This document shows positions 1-10,332 of a DNA stretch of 64,000 bases, piece by piece. The stretch is taken from assembly GCA_044344255.1 (NCBI GenBank), contig JBIJDH010000003.1, forward strand, positions 1 to 64,000. The letters are read 5' to 3'. A program made the translations under genes and the position numbers. The stretch is from Myxococcota bacterium. Lineage in GTDB: Bacteria > Myxococcota_A > UBA796 > UBA2385. How positions within the stretch are numbered: position 1 is the stretch's first letter; each line of letters begins with the position of its first letter. A model generated the notes under the pieces. It was given only the letters and a program-made list of their open reading frames with translations. It had not been told where the DNA came from and ran no database searches.

Positions 1-59
1 CTGTCGGGCACCTCGGTGGGCGGGCTGGCGTCGGTGTTGGGGAGAGGCATCATCAGCAT
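1..59 (-). CDS. Possible 5' end of a gene running off the left edge (MLMMPLPNTDASPPTEVPD...)
   Basis: In-frame ATGs at 59/53/50 on the minus strand, open to the window edge; too short to identify. Confidence 0.25.
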   Translation of the reverse strand, partial: MLMMPLPNTDASPPTEVPD

Positions 60-790
60 GATCCGTCAGGCGCCCTGCTCGGTAAACTGGGGGGGGAGCA
101 GTGTCTCATCCACCTTGACACGGAGGGGACACACTGCGGACGATGGGCTACCGCAACGCCAGGTTCATCGGTGGTGGCCTGAAGGCGTATCGCTCGCTGC
201 CCCCACGAGGGGACGACCCGTGAGCCCTTGGGACGTGGAGCTTGCCCTCGGCGAGCGGTGAGGTGGTGAGCAGGCGGGTGTCCAAGCCGCCCACGATGCG
301 GCGTCGCCGCGGTGTACTGCCCCGGCTGAAGCGTGACTCTCTCCACCGCCTCCAATCCCACGAGATCGAGAAACACACCTCCGGGAGCGGTCACCCCCCC
401 ACGGGCGCGCGCGAGCCCCAGCTCGAAGGCATAGGAGAGCGGGCTCATCTCTCCCGTTGCAGACGCTGCTTCCTCCGTGGCGACCTCGACGATGCGCTCC
501 AATTCACGCTGCTCGATAGAGCTCAGCCCATCCGGGGTCTCCTCCAGCACTGCCATTTCCAGGCAGGCCCGACAGAGCTGTTGTCGTCTCTCCTGTGATG
601 CGGAAGCCCCAATCCCTGCCTCAAGCTCAGCCATCACCCGATTTCCGAACAGGTCCAGAAATCCGGGACAGGTCCACTGCTCATGCGCTTGCTCGAGGTG
701 CGCGTCAGGAGCACGCCCACTCTGCAACAAGCTGAACAACTCGCGCCGCAGCGCCCCCTGTTCTTGCGCGCCCAGAGTCCTCCCCGCGGG
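53..790 (-). pseudogene. Probable degenerate gene fragment of unknown function
   Basis: The middle of ORF 53..898 reads as a helical protein (ALRRELFSLLQ...FELGLARARGGVTAPGGVFLDLVGLEAV). There is no clean start free of the upstream gene, the C-terminus decays, and codon usage is less GC-skewed than neighbours. Confidence 0.3.
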
Positions 791-809
791 CCGCTCGGGG
801 AGGCGGCCC

Positions 810-2498
810 CTACTCGAGCACGATGAGGCCGCTGGCGCCGTCCGTCGAGGCCGTGGTGGGCCAGGTCCCGGCGACGCCGCCGAGCCCGGAGGCGCCATCC
901 CAGGAGGCGTCTGCCGTGTTGCCGGCGAGGGCGCCTGCGCCGGCCGTCACGGAGCCCGTGGGGCTGTAGCTGGAGCCGCCGCCGCCGCCGCCGCCGAAGT
1001 AGGTGTAGACCGAGCCGCCGCCGCCGCCGCCGTAGAGGCCGGAGCCCCCGCCGCCGCCGGCGCCGTTGCTCCCGCCGAGGCCGGCCGCGTCGAGCAGGGC
1101 CGCGGTGCCGTAGGTGCAGCTCGAGCCCGAGGGCCCTGCACCGCCTGCGAGGCTGCTGCCGTCCATGCCGGCGCAGGGGGGGCCGCTGGCGTGGATGGTC
1201 GCGGCGATGCCGCCGGTCCCGCCGTAGGCGGAGGTGCCGCCGGTCCCGCCGTAGGCGGTCCCCCAGTAGGCGTCCAGCTGGGTGCCGCCGGTCTCGCCGA
1301 CGCTGCCCCCGCCGGCCCCTCCGGCGCCCGAGCCGCCGAGGAGCGAGCCGCCGTCGGTGCCGCCGCCGCCGCCGCCCGCGGCCACGAGCACCTGGGCGCC
1401 GGTGTCATCCCAGAGCACGGAGGCCCCGCCGCCGCCGCCGGGCTGGAGCCCCCCCTGCCCCGGGCGCAGGGTGAGGACGTCACCCGGGGTGACCACGAGC
1501 ACGGTGGTGGCGTAGCCGCCGCCGCCGCCGTCTCCGGCGTAGGCCCCGGTGTAGGAGCCGGCCCCGCCGCCGGCCCCCCAGGCCTTCACCACGAGCGAGG
1601 TGGCGCCGGTGGGGACGGTCCAGGTCTGCGCGGTGCCCGTCCAGGTGAAGGCGGCCGGCAGGCCGGCCCCGCCTCCGGCGGCGGTGCCCGTCCCCGTGAG
1701 GGAGGCGGAGCGGCTCAGCACCCCGGCGTCGAGCAGGAGCGTGTCGGTCACCACCCCCTCGGCGGTGGGGCTGAAGGTGACGACGAGGTCGGCGCTGTCG
1801 CCGGGCGCGAGCGTGAGCGGCCAGGCGGTGGGGGCGGTGAGGGTGAAGGTGGGATCGCTGAGGCTGCCGGTGAAGCTGAGCTCGGCGTCGCCGGTGTTGG
1901 TGAGGGTGAAGGTGGCGGAGTCGGTGGCGCCGACGAGGGCGTCGAGGTTGGCCTCGGCGGGGCTGAGGGTGGCGTCTGCGAAGAGGTCTCCGCTGTCGGT
2001 GCCGCCATCAGTGCCGTCGGTGCCGTCAGTGCCGTCGGTGCCGTCGGTGCCGTCGGTGCCGTCGGTGCCGTCGGTGCCGTCGGTGCCGTCGGTGCCATCG
2101 GTGCCGCCGTCGAGGAGGCCGTGGAGGGCGACGCTCTGGAGCGGGGCGACGGGATCGTCGGAGACGAGGTCGAGCCAGCCGGCGTCTTCGTCGGTGGCGG
2201 GGCTCCAGGTCACGACCAGCTCGGCCGACTCACCCGGCAGGAGCACGCCCGGCAGGCCAGCGGGGGTCGTGACGGTGAAGGGCCCGGCCTCGCGGAGGCC
2301 GATCGCGGTGAGGTTGAGCGTCGCCTCGCCGACGCTCTCGACCTTCACGTTGGCCGAGCCGGCCTCGGTGAACTCGAGGCTCGACGGGGAGACGGCGAGC
2401 ACCGGATCGGGGCCGCCCCCCTTGCTGTTTGTGAGGAGGTGGTCCCCGCAGGCGAGGAGCAGCGGCAGGAGGAGGGCGGACAGCGGCGGGCGGTTCAT
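810..2498 (-). CDS. Surface lipoprotein: two Ig-like (choice-of-anchor D/ASH-type) domains, (GTD)11 linker, C-terminal glycine-rich domain
   Basis: ATG at 2498, signal with lipobox LLLAC. Two LSP..L.F...VxNxG...L.PGESAELVVT[WF]SP domains. AWGAGGGAG...GGGGGSSY glycine-rich domain. Confidence 0.8.
   Translation of the reverse strand: MNRPPLSALLLPLLLACGDHLLTNSKGGGPDPVLAVSPSSLEFTEAGSANVKVESVGEATLNLTAIGLREAGPFTVTTPAGLPGVLLPGESAELVVTWSPATDEDAGWLDLVSDDPVAPLQSVALHGLLDGGTDGTDGTDGTDGTDGTDGTDGTDGTDGTDGTDGGTDSGDLFADATLSPAEANLDALVGATDSATFTLTNTGDAELSFTGSLSDPTFTLTAPTAWPLTLAPGDSADLVVTFSPTAEGVVTDTLLLDAGVLSRSASLTGTGTAAGGGAGLPAAFTWTGTAQTWTVPTGATSLVVKAWGAGGGAGSYTGAYAGDGGGGGYATTVLVVTPGDVLTLRPGQGGLQPGGGGGASVLWDDTGAQVLVAAGGGGGGTDGGSLLGGSGAGGAGGGSVGETGGTQLDAYWGTAYGGTGGTSAYGGTGGIAATIHASGPPCAGMDGSSLAGGAGPSGSSCTYGTAALLDAAGLGGSNGAGGGGGSGLYGGGGGGSVYTYFGGGGGGGSSYSPTGSVTAGAGALAGNTADASWDGASGLGGVAGTWPTTASTDGASGLIVLE
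2007..2105. repeat. 9-bp tandem repeat x11 (GTCGGTGCC) encoding (Gly-Thr-Asp)11
   Basis: Read directly from the sequence. Confidence 0.95.
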
Positions 2499-2538
2499 GG
2501 GGGACTCGGGGCCGGGGGAGTAGCCGGGGGGCTCGTGC

Positions 2539-3558
2539 CTAGGCGGAGAAGTTGCAGTTGAGCAGGTTGCAGTGCCGGTCACAGCGGCTGACCTCCCAGC
2601 GTCGCCGGAGGGCGGTGTAGCCGTCCCAGAGCAGGGGGAGGGGCGCAGGGTCAAAGACGGTGCCGACCGGCTCGAGGAAGTAACAGAGGCGGATGTTGCC
2701 GTGGGGGTCGAAGCTGAGGTCTGAGTGGCCGGCGCGACAGAGGAGCCCGTTGTCGCGGGCGGGGTCGCGAAAGTGGCCCTTCATCGCGTGGAGCTGCTCG
2801 ACGGCGTTGCAGACGGGGCCGCCCCGCTGTCGCTCGGCGATCAGCGTGTCGAGCGCACCGCAGACGCGGGAGAGGGCGGCCTCGTCGCGCGGGAAGAAGG
2901 GGGAGGTCTTCCACCAGTCGGGGTCAAAGGCGACCTCTCCGAAGTTCTGATAGAGCGGCTGAATGACGAGCTGGAGCCCCTCCGCGCGGACGAGGGAGAG
3001 GAGCTCGGGGATCTCCTCGGCGTTGCCGGCGTGGAGGATGCTCGCCAGCACGACGCGGGGGTTCGGCTGCCCCCGGAAGCGCGCGATGACCTCCATCACC
3101 TTGTCGAAGGTGCCGGCCCGGCCGCGGCTGTGGTCGACCGTCTCTCGGCGGGCGCCATCCAGGCTGAGGTAGCAGATCGAGACGCCGGCCTCGGTGATGG
3201 CGGCGGCGCGCCGCTCGGTGAGCAGCCAGGCGTTGGTGTTGAAGCTGACCTCGAAGCCTCGCGAGGTGGCCCGCGCCATCAGGGACTCGAGGTCCTTTCG
3301 CAGCAGGGGCTCTCCGCCCACAAAATTCATGGCGGCGGGTGCGCACCAGTCTGACAGGCGGTCAATGACGTCGGCCCAGACCTCTGTCGGGAGGTCGGGG
3401 GTCTTGTTCTTCCAGATGTCACAGTGCAGACAGGGCAGAAAGCAGCGATCCGTCACGGAGAGGTGGATCTGGCGCGGGCGCCCGGGCGCGCGGCGGAGGT
3501 GGGCGCGGTCGAGCGCGTGGTCGAGTCGACCCGCGATCTGGGGGAGGCCGGGGATCAA
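2539..3558 (-). CDS. Radical SAM protein with C-terminal SPASM/twitch domain
   Basis: CFLPCLHC motif, GGEPLL, SLDG, C-terminal CRAG...CYF...CDRHCNLLNC. TTG start overlaps the upstream stop. Confidence 0.85.
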   Translation of the reverse strand: MIPGLPQIAGRLDHALDRAHLRRAPGRPRQIHLSVTDRCFLPCLHCDIWKNKTPDLPTEVWADVIDRLSDWCAPAAMNFVGGEPLLRKDLESLMARATSRGFEVSFNTNAWLLTERRAAAITEAGVSICYLSLDGARRETVDHSRGRAGTFDKVMEVIARFRGQPNPRVVLASILHAGNAEEIPELLSLVRAEGLQLVIQPLYQNFGEVAFDPDWWKTSPFFPRDEAALSRVCGALDTLIAERQRGGPVCNAVEQLHAMKGHFRDPARDNGLLCRAGHSDLSFDPHGNIRLCYFLEPVGTVFDPAPLPLLWDGYTALRRRWEVSRCDRHCNLLNCNFSA

Positions 3559-4658
3559 GACGGCCCCGCCGAGAGGGGGACGGGGCCCCGGTCGTGCTCG
3601 GCCTGTCGGCGCAGGTCGTCGGGGCTGAGGCCCGTGTGATTGAGGCTCCTGGGGATGAAGCAGGTCTCACAGAGGGAGAGGCCGGAGTAGTCTCCCGCTC
3701 CCACGCGCGCGCGGCGGCCGCGCATCAACCCGCCCCACCAGAGGGCCGAGAAGGGGGCCTCTCGCAGGGAGCCGAGCGTGTTCTCGAGCAGGTTGTCGCG
3801 GGTGCAGGTCGTGACCTCTCCCTGCCAGGAGACGACTGGGCTCTTCCAGAAGCCGGAGCAGGCCGACCGGTTCGAGGCCTCGACCGTCTCCCCCTTGGCG
3901 GCCTCGGCGGGCAGGGGCAGGCCCATCGCCTGCATCGTGTCGCGGAAGCGCTGGTTCTCGCGGGCCTGCTCCGCCGCTGTGGGGCAGTCGAGCTGGCGAA
4001 AGAACACGATCGCGTCCTCGCCCGGGGGCACGTGGCCGGCCGCCGCCCGGACGGGGAGGCCGAGCCGCCGACAGACCCCCTCCCAGTGGGCGCGGAAGGG
4101 GGCAGCCTCGTGGTGGTTGTTCGAGCCGACGATGAACTGGAAGACCGGCCGGGGCCAGCGGGCGCCGGTGCGGGCCTTCTCGGAGAGCAGGTGGGTGACC
4201 TGATCGACCACCTTCGGGAAGCGGTCCATCCCCTTGACCCGTGTGTAGGTGGCCTGGGTCGCGGCGTCCAAAGAGAAGTGCCAGACCTGGGGCACCTCGG
4301 CGCCGTTGAGGGCGGCCTTGACGCGGGCCGGCGTGAGGTGAGTGGCGTTCGTGTGGACCTCGACCTTGCCGAATGTGCCGTGGGCCGCCGCCGCCCGCAG
4401 GCCGTGACGCCAGATCGTGCTCCAGTGGGGGTGCAGCAGGGGCTCGCCCAGCCAGAAGAGGATGAGGGTGTCGAAGCGGGCGCCCACATCGATGAGATCG
4501 TCGACCAGCGCCTCGAAGAGCAGAGGGTCCAGATAGCCGGTGTGAGCGTGGTGGGCGTGCCCCTCCTCGGCCACCGAGCAGTGTACGCAGGCGAGGCTGC
4601 ACCGGTTGGTCAGCTCGACGACGAGGTAGCTTCCGGGGAGGTGGGGCGGGCGCTGCAC
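3555..4658 (-). CDS. Radical SAM protein with twitch/SPASM domain
   Basis: ELTNRCSLACVHC, WLGEP, HTN, FSLDA; C-terminal CSGFW...VTTC...LGSL...CETC. Confidence 0.85.
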   Translation of the reverse strand: MQRPPHLPGSYLVVELTNRCSLACVHCSVAEEGHAHHAHTGYLDPLLFEALVDDLIDVGARFDTLILFWLGEPLLHPHWSTIWRHGLRAAAAHGTFGKVEVHTNATHLTPARVKAALNGAEVPQVWHFSLDAATQATYTRVKGMDRFPKVVDQVTHLLSEKARTGARWPRPVFQFIVGSNNHHEAAPFRAHWEGVCRRLGLPVRAAAGHVPPGEDAIVFFRQLDCPTAAEQARENQRFRDTMQAMGLPLPAEAAKGETVEASNRSACSGFWKSPVVSWQGEVTTCTRDNLLENTLGSLREAPFSALWWGGLMRGRRARVGAGDYSGLSLCETCFIPRSLNHTGLSPDDLRRQAEHDRGPVPLSAGPS

Positions 4659-4723
4659 CCGGGCAGCCTACCATCCCTCCGCCCCGGGGCCAGCGCGGTC
4701 GCGGCGCTCGGATAGGGGGTGCC

Positions 4724-5059
4724 ATGGCCCAACGATCCGCGCCCGCCGCCCCCGCCCGCCCGCCCTGCGCCGGCCTCTGGAGCACGCCGATGGTGCACGT
4801 CGGCGGAGACGTCACCACCTGCTGCCTCGACGAGCACCTCGTGAACCGCCTCGGGAACCTGCGCGAGCAGCCCCTCTCCGAGATCTGGGACAGCGAGACC
4901 TTGAACCGCTGGCGGCTCGCCCAGGTGGAGGGGCGCTTCGCCGACAGCGGCCCGCTCTGCACCCGCTGCAACTGGCAGAGCGCAGGCGCCTACCCCGACG
5001 ACAAGGTCCAGGGCTGGCTGACGCGGAAGGGGTGGAAGGTTCGACCCGCGCGGCGTTAA
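4724..5059 (+). CDS. Stand-alone SPASM/twitch iron-sulfur domain protein
   Basis: CAGLWSTPMVHVGGDVTTCCLD...LGNLREQPLSEIW...CTRC. ATG at 4724; no radical SAM core upstream because the neighbouring gene is divergent. Confidence 0.8.
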   Translation: MAQRSAPAAPARPPCAGLWSTPMVHVGGDVTTCCLDEHLVNRLGNLREQPLSEIWDSETLNRWRLAQVEGRFADSGPLCTRCNWQSAGAYPDDKVQGWLTRKGWKVRPARR

Positions 5060-5068
5060 GGTCGCGCC

Positions 5069-6033
<965 letters not shown>

Positions 6034-6037
<4 letters not shown>

Positions 6038-6801
6038 GCCGCCTCCTCGCGCTCGCGCTCAACACCTTTCGAGAGGCGGTGCGCGACCGAATCCTCTACA
6101 GCATCCTCTTCTTCGCGGCGGGGGTCATCCTGCTGTCGTTGGCGCTGAAACATGTCACCGTCGGCGATCAAGACAAGGTGATCCGCTCGATCGGGCAGGG
6201 GGCGATCGCGCTCTTTGGCTCGATCATCGCCATGTTCCTGGGTGTGTCCCTGGTCTATAAGGAGCTGGAGCGAAAGACGGTCTATACGATCCTCTCCAAG
6301 CCCATCCCACGGTGGATGTTCATCCTCGGGAAATACGCAGGGCTGATGCTCACGCTCGCCGTCGAGGTGGGCTTCCTGCTCCTGGTCTATACGCTCCAGG
6401 TGAGCGTCCAGCAGCATTTCCCGCCCACCATCGTCTTCGTCTCGGTGGGGCTCCTGATGGTGGAGCTCGGCCTGCTCTGCGCCTGGTCCACCCTGTTCAG
6501 CACCTACTCCTCCCCCACCACCGCCACCTTCTTCACGATGGCGGTCTTCGTGATCGGGCACCTCGTCGATGACATCTGGCTGTTCGGGAGCCAGGCGGAG
6601 AGCCCGGTGGTGCAGCAGATCTCCCGCCTGCTCTATTGGGTGTTGCCCAACCTCGAGATGTTCAACATCCGGGACCTCGCGGTCCACGAGCGGCCTGTGC
6701 CTTGGGAGCGCATCCCGGCCACCGTCGCCTATGGCCTCGGGTACACCGCCGCCGTGCTGGCCGCCGCCATCGCCGTCTTTCAGCGACGGGACATCAAGTG
6801 A
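6034..6801 (+). CDS. pilI: ABC-2 type permease (PilI-like)
   Basis: NTFREAVRDRILY, KELERKTVYTILSKPIPR, FILGKY, about 6 TM segments, ends FQRRDIK; ATGA overlap. Confidence 0.8.
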
Positions 6802-7646
6802 CGCCGGAGGGGCTCTACCTCTATTTCCAGGGTGTCTCCCTCGTGCTCGGGCTCCTCATCGGGAGCTTCCTCAACGTGGTCATCGCCCGGCTCCCGCTCG
6901 ACCGCTCGGTGGTGAGCCCGCCGAGCCACTGCCCCACCTGCGGCCACGGCATCCGGCCCTATGACAACGTGCCGGTCCTGTCCTGGCTGATCCTCCGCGG
7001 GCGGTGTCGGGACTGCAAGAGCCCCATCTCCTCGCTCTATCCGACGATCGAGCTCCTCACGGGGCTGCTCAGCTGGCTCCTCTTCCGGCGCCTCATCCCC
7101 GGCTCGGACGCCCTCGATCTGCCGCACGCGGCGGGCTTCCTGGTCATGCTCGTCTTTGTGGCGATGCTCGTCGCCGAGACCTACATCGATCTGCGCCACA
7201 CCATCATCCCCGATGAGCTGTCGATCTACGCGGCCCCCTTCGGCATCGGCGCCGCCCTCCTGCTCGGCTGGCTCGACTATCCGGCGGCGGTGCCGTGGCG
7301 GCAGTCGGTGCTCGGCGCCTTCTTTGGCGGGGGCTCGCTGCTCGCCGTAATGGGCCTCTATTGGCTCGTGCGCCGCCGAGAGGGGATGGGGATGGGCGAC
7401 GCCAAGCTGCTGGCGATGATCGGGGCCTTCCTCGGGCTCTGGCCGGCGGTGCCCTTCGTGATCTTCGTGTCCTCGGTCATCGGGGCGATGGTCGGGGTGC
7501 CGGTCACCCTCTTGCGCCGCGGTGGCCTGTCGCTGGCGCTGCCCTTCGGGCCCTTCATCGCCGTGGCGGCGGTGGTCTATGTGCTGCACGGGCCGGAGCT
7601 GATGGAGCGCTGGTTCCCGGGCATCCTCTACCTGATGGCCCAGTAG
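6798..7646 (+). CDS. pilD: Type IV prepilin peptidase / N-methyltransferase
   Basis: GSFLNVVIARLP, SHCPTC, GRCRDC, IDL..TIIPD, GMGMGDAKL, PFGPF; GTGA overlap start at 6798. Confidence 0.93.
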   Translation: MTPEGLYLYFQGVSLVLGLLIGSFLNVVIARLPLDRSVVSPPSHCPTCGHGIRPYDNVPVLSWLILRGRCRDCKSPISSLYPTIELLTGLLSWLLFRRLIPGSDALDLPHAAGFLVMLVFVAMLVAETYIDLRHTIIPDELSIYAAPFGIGAALLLGWLDYPAAVPWRQSVLGAFFGGGSLLAVMGLYWLVRRREGMGMGDAKLLAMIGAFLGLWPAVPFVIFVSSVIGAMVGVPVTLLRRGGLSLALPFGPFIAVAAVVYVLHGPELMERWFPGILYLMAQ

Positions 7647-8531
7647 GTGCTCTATCGATTCCGTCGGGTGGATGGCTCGCTCACGCAGGTCTCCTTCACG
7701 CAGGTATTGGAGATCGAGCTGAACCCGCTCGCGCGCTCGGTGTCGGTGCGGCGAGAGGCCTATCGTACGGAGGTGGGCCCCCGGGCGACGCCCCCGCGGG
7801 CCGAGGTGCGCAGCTTCGAGACCCCAGAGCGAGCGGCGAAGTACGCCCGCTACCGCGTGTGGCTGACGCTACAGGAGGGGGACTACTGGAGCCTCGTCGC
7901 GGGGGATCGGTCACGATTGACGGAGGGCGAGGACTTCTTCTCCGTCAAAGACAGGAGCCGACACTATCGACTCTATCTGCGAGAGGGGGAGCGCTGGGAC
8001 GTCGATCGCGACGGCGTGGAGCTCACCCAATGGGAAGGGCCGGTCGATCGCGCCAGCGTTCGCGTGGTCGAGCTGCTCGAGGACGAGGTGGCGGCGGAGG
8101 CGCGCTGGCGGGCCCTGCAGGCGGAGCGGTCGGCGGCGGGCTGGGCGCTCTTCGTGGATGGCCCCCACCCCGACATCGTCGAGGACGTGTGGAGGGCCAC
8201 GCTCCCCAGGATCTACCGGGAGTTTCTCGAGCAGCGTCGCTGGGTGACCTACGCCGGGCGGCGGCTCCGCAGCCTGCCGGGGAGACCCTTGGGGGAGCCC
8301 TTCGCTGTCTCCTTTGACGATCCGGGCCTCGACGCCGCCGCCCGGGCGGCCGGCCTCAGCCCAGAGGCGGCGCCTCAGCACGTGCCCATCGCGCTCGTGG
8401 GGGACGGGGCGGTGCTCGTCATCCACGCCGCCAACCCGGTGGCGCCGGTGTACCTGCTGGCGGCGGGCATGCCTCGCCTCGCCATCGTCGATCCGACCTT
8501 CAAGGGCCTGCTGGCGCGCCTGCGGCCCTGA
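7647..8531 (+). CDS. Hypothetical protein with possible WGR-like N-terminal modules and an SMI1/KNR4-like C-terminal domain
   Basis: RSFETPERAAKYA...LQEGDY and EDEVAAEARW...AAGW resemble WGR ends; LPRIYREFL...VPIA..GDG.VL....APVY resembles SMI1/KNR4. Confidence 0.55.
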   Translation: MLYRFRRVDGSLTQVSFTQVLEIELNPLARSVSVRREAYRTEVGPRATPPRAEVRSFETPERAAKYARYRVWLTLQEGDYWSLVAGDRSRLTEGEDFFSVKDRSRHYRLYLREGERWDVDRDGVELTQWEGPVDRASVRVVELLEDEVAAEARWRALQAERSAAGWALFVDGPHPDIVEDVWRATLPRIYREFLEQRRWVTYAGRRLRSLPGRPLGEPFAVSFDDPGLDAAARAAGLSPEAAPQHVPIALVGDGAVLVIHAANPVAPVYLLAAGMPRLAIVDPTFKGLLARLRP

Positions 8532-8573
8532 AGGCGGTGGAGCGAGCGGCGGGGCGCTGCAGCCGCCCTCACT

Positions 8574-9053
8574 TCACTCGCACTGCATGTCGATGCAGAG
8601 GTTGGTCGTGTCGCCTGCGTCGACGGTGAAGTCCATCTCGGTGTTGCAGTGGTAGCCGCCCTTGAAGGCGCTGATGCGGATGTGCCAGTTCCCCTCGCCG
8701 AGGTACTCGGTGAAGGTGCCCTCTTGGTCACTCTCCCCTTGTCGCTGCGCCCCACCGACGTCGGTGTTCTCGAGGGCGTACTCCACGAAGGCCACGAACT
8801 GCGGATCGTGGAGGTCCTCGGTCACGTCGGTCATCAGCCGGCCGAAGACGTAGCCGCTGGCTCCGTTACCGCCGCCCTCTGCGCCCTCCTGGGTGTTGGC
8901 GTCCAACACCTTCTCGCAGAAGGGCAGATCGGCGGCGGAGGTGTCGACCTGATCGCCGCTCCCGCCGCAGGAGCCGAGGCCCAGCGCGGCAGCGGACAAG
9001 GCGAGCGAGAGGTGGAGGCGGGCGGTGGTGTGGGGCAGGAGCAGGGTGCGCAT
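8574..9053 (-). CDS. Small lipoprotein with a carboxypeptidase-regulatory-like beta-sandwich domain
   Basis: Lipobox LGSC; SDQEGTFTEYLGEGNWHIRI...FTVDAGDTT. Confidence 0.65.
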   Translation of the reverse strand: MRTLLLPHTTARLHLSLALSAAALGLGSCGGSGDQVDTSAADLPFCEKVLDANTQEGAEGGGNGASGYVFGRLMTDVTEDLHDPQFVAFVEYALENTDVGGAQRQGESDQEGTFTEYLGEGNWHIRISAFKGGYHCNTEMDFTVDAGDTTNLCIDMQCE

Positions 9054-9144
9054 GGGCTCAGTGTATCTCTACTCCAGACCCTCCTGCCATCGGGCGGGCG
9101 CCCGCAGGGCTGGGGAGCCTGCGAGGCGATGGTAGGGTGAGCGG

Positions 9145-10233
9145 ATGGACCCGGCTGGCATTCCGCTCGACCCCCTACACCCGGCGAACGTGGCGGCGCG
9201 GGTGGCCCGGTGGGAGCGGGAGGGGGTCCAAGGGCCGCTGACGCTGGAGCTCTACCCCACGCTCGCGTGCAACCTGAGCTGCGCCTTCTGCGACACCACC
9301 GATCGGCACCGCGCCCCGGTGGGGGAGCTGTCCCGCGATCGGCTGCTCGGCCTCGTGGAGGAGGGCGCGGCGATGGGGGTGCGCCGTGTCTTCATCCTCG
9401 GCGGGGGAGAGCCCCTGCTCCGCAAAGACGCCATCGCCCCGCTGATGGCCCGCGTGAAGGCGCTCGGCCTCGAGGGGATCCTCACCACCAACGGGACGCT
9501 GCTCGGGCCGGCCCTCGTCGATCAGCTCCTCGACACCGGCTGGGACGAGGTGCACGTCTCTCTCGACGGGCCCGACGCCGCGATCCATGACCGCCTGCGC
9601 GGGGTGCCGGGGGCCTTTCGGCGGACGGTGCAGAACACCTGCCGCCTGTCGGTGGCGCGCCGGGCGCGGGGCCTCGAGAAGACCCGGGTCGCCCTCCACT
9701 TCGTGATGACCCGGCTCAACTTCCGCACGCTCCCCGACATGATCCGCCTCGCCCACGCGCTCGGCGCGGGGCGGGTCGATTTTGACGCCCTCATCGCCTA
9801 TCGGCCCGAGCAGCTCGCGCTCCGCCTGCTGCCGGAGGAGGCCGCCCAGGTGCCGGCGATCGCGGCCCGGGCCCTCGAGGAGGCCGAGCGGCTCGGCGTC
9901 GAGACCACGCTCCGGCACTTCCTCCGCCCGGGGGGCCTCGATCGCGGGGACACGCGGGTGGAGGCGCCGCCGCTGCCCGGGTTGAGGGGCGCCCCCTGCC
10001 TCAAGGCCTGGCACTACCTCGTGATCCAGGCCGATGGCCGCAGCTCCCCCTGCTGCGTGCTGGCGGGCGAGGGGGGGAGCGCGGCCGATCAGCCGCTCGC
10101 CGCGCTCTGGCGGGACGACCCCTTCCTCCACCGGGTGCGGGAGGGGATGCTGCGTCAGGAGCCGCTCCCCCGCTGTCGGGAGTGCTCGCAGAACATCCTC
10201 GCCCACGAGGCCTTGATCCGCAGCCACCTATAG
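9145..10233 (+). CDS. Radical SAM/SPASM-twitch protein
   Basis: CNLSCAFC, GGGEPLL, TTNGT, VSLDG; C-terminal CLKAW...SPCC...CREC. Confidence 0.87.
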   Translation: MDPAGIPLDPLHPANVAARVARWEREGVQGPLTLELYPTLACNLSCAFCDTTDRHRAPVGELSRDRLLGLVEEGAAMGVRRVFILGGGEPLLRKDAIAPLMARVKALGLEGILTTNGTLLGPALVDQLLDTGWDEVHVSLDGPDAAIHDRLRGVPGAFRRTVQNTCRLSVARRARGLEKTRVALHFVMTRLNFRTLPDMIRLAHALGAGRVDFDALIAYRPEQLALRLLPEEAAQVPAIAARALEEAERLGVETTLRHFLRPGGLDRGDTRVEAPPLPGLRGAPCLKAWHYLVIQADGRSSPCCVLAGEGGSAADQPLAALWRDDPFLHRVREGMLRQEPLPRCRECSQNILAHEALIRSHL

Positions 10234-10332
10234 CCGGCGGTCCAGCCGTGGCCGCGGGGGTGCGGAAAGCCGGCCCCGGCGCTTGCGGAGGCCCCGCGCC
10301 GCGGCTAGGTCGCGGGGTCTGGAGGACTCCCA

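Noticed and set aside
477..2561. 694-aa plus-strand ORF and similar long antisense ORFs (12335..14830, 18070..20493, 32667..35024, 44726..47140, 59373..62339)
   Set aside because: Shadow ORFs opposite well-supported genes, expected in high-GC DNA; no motifs
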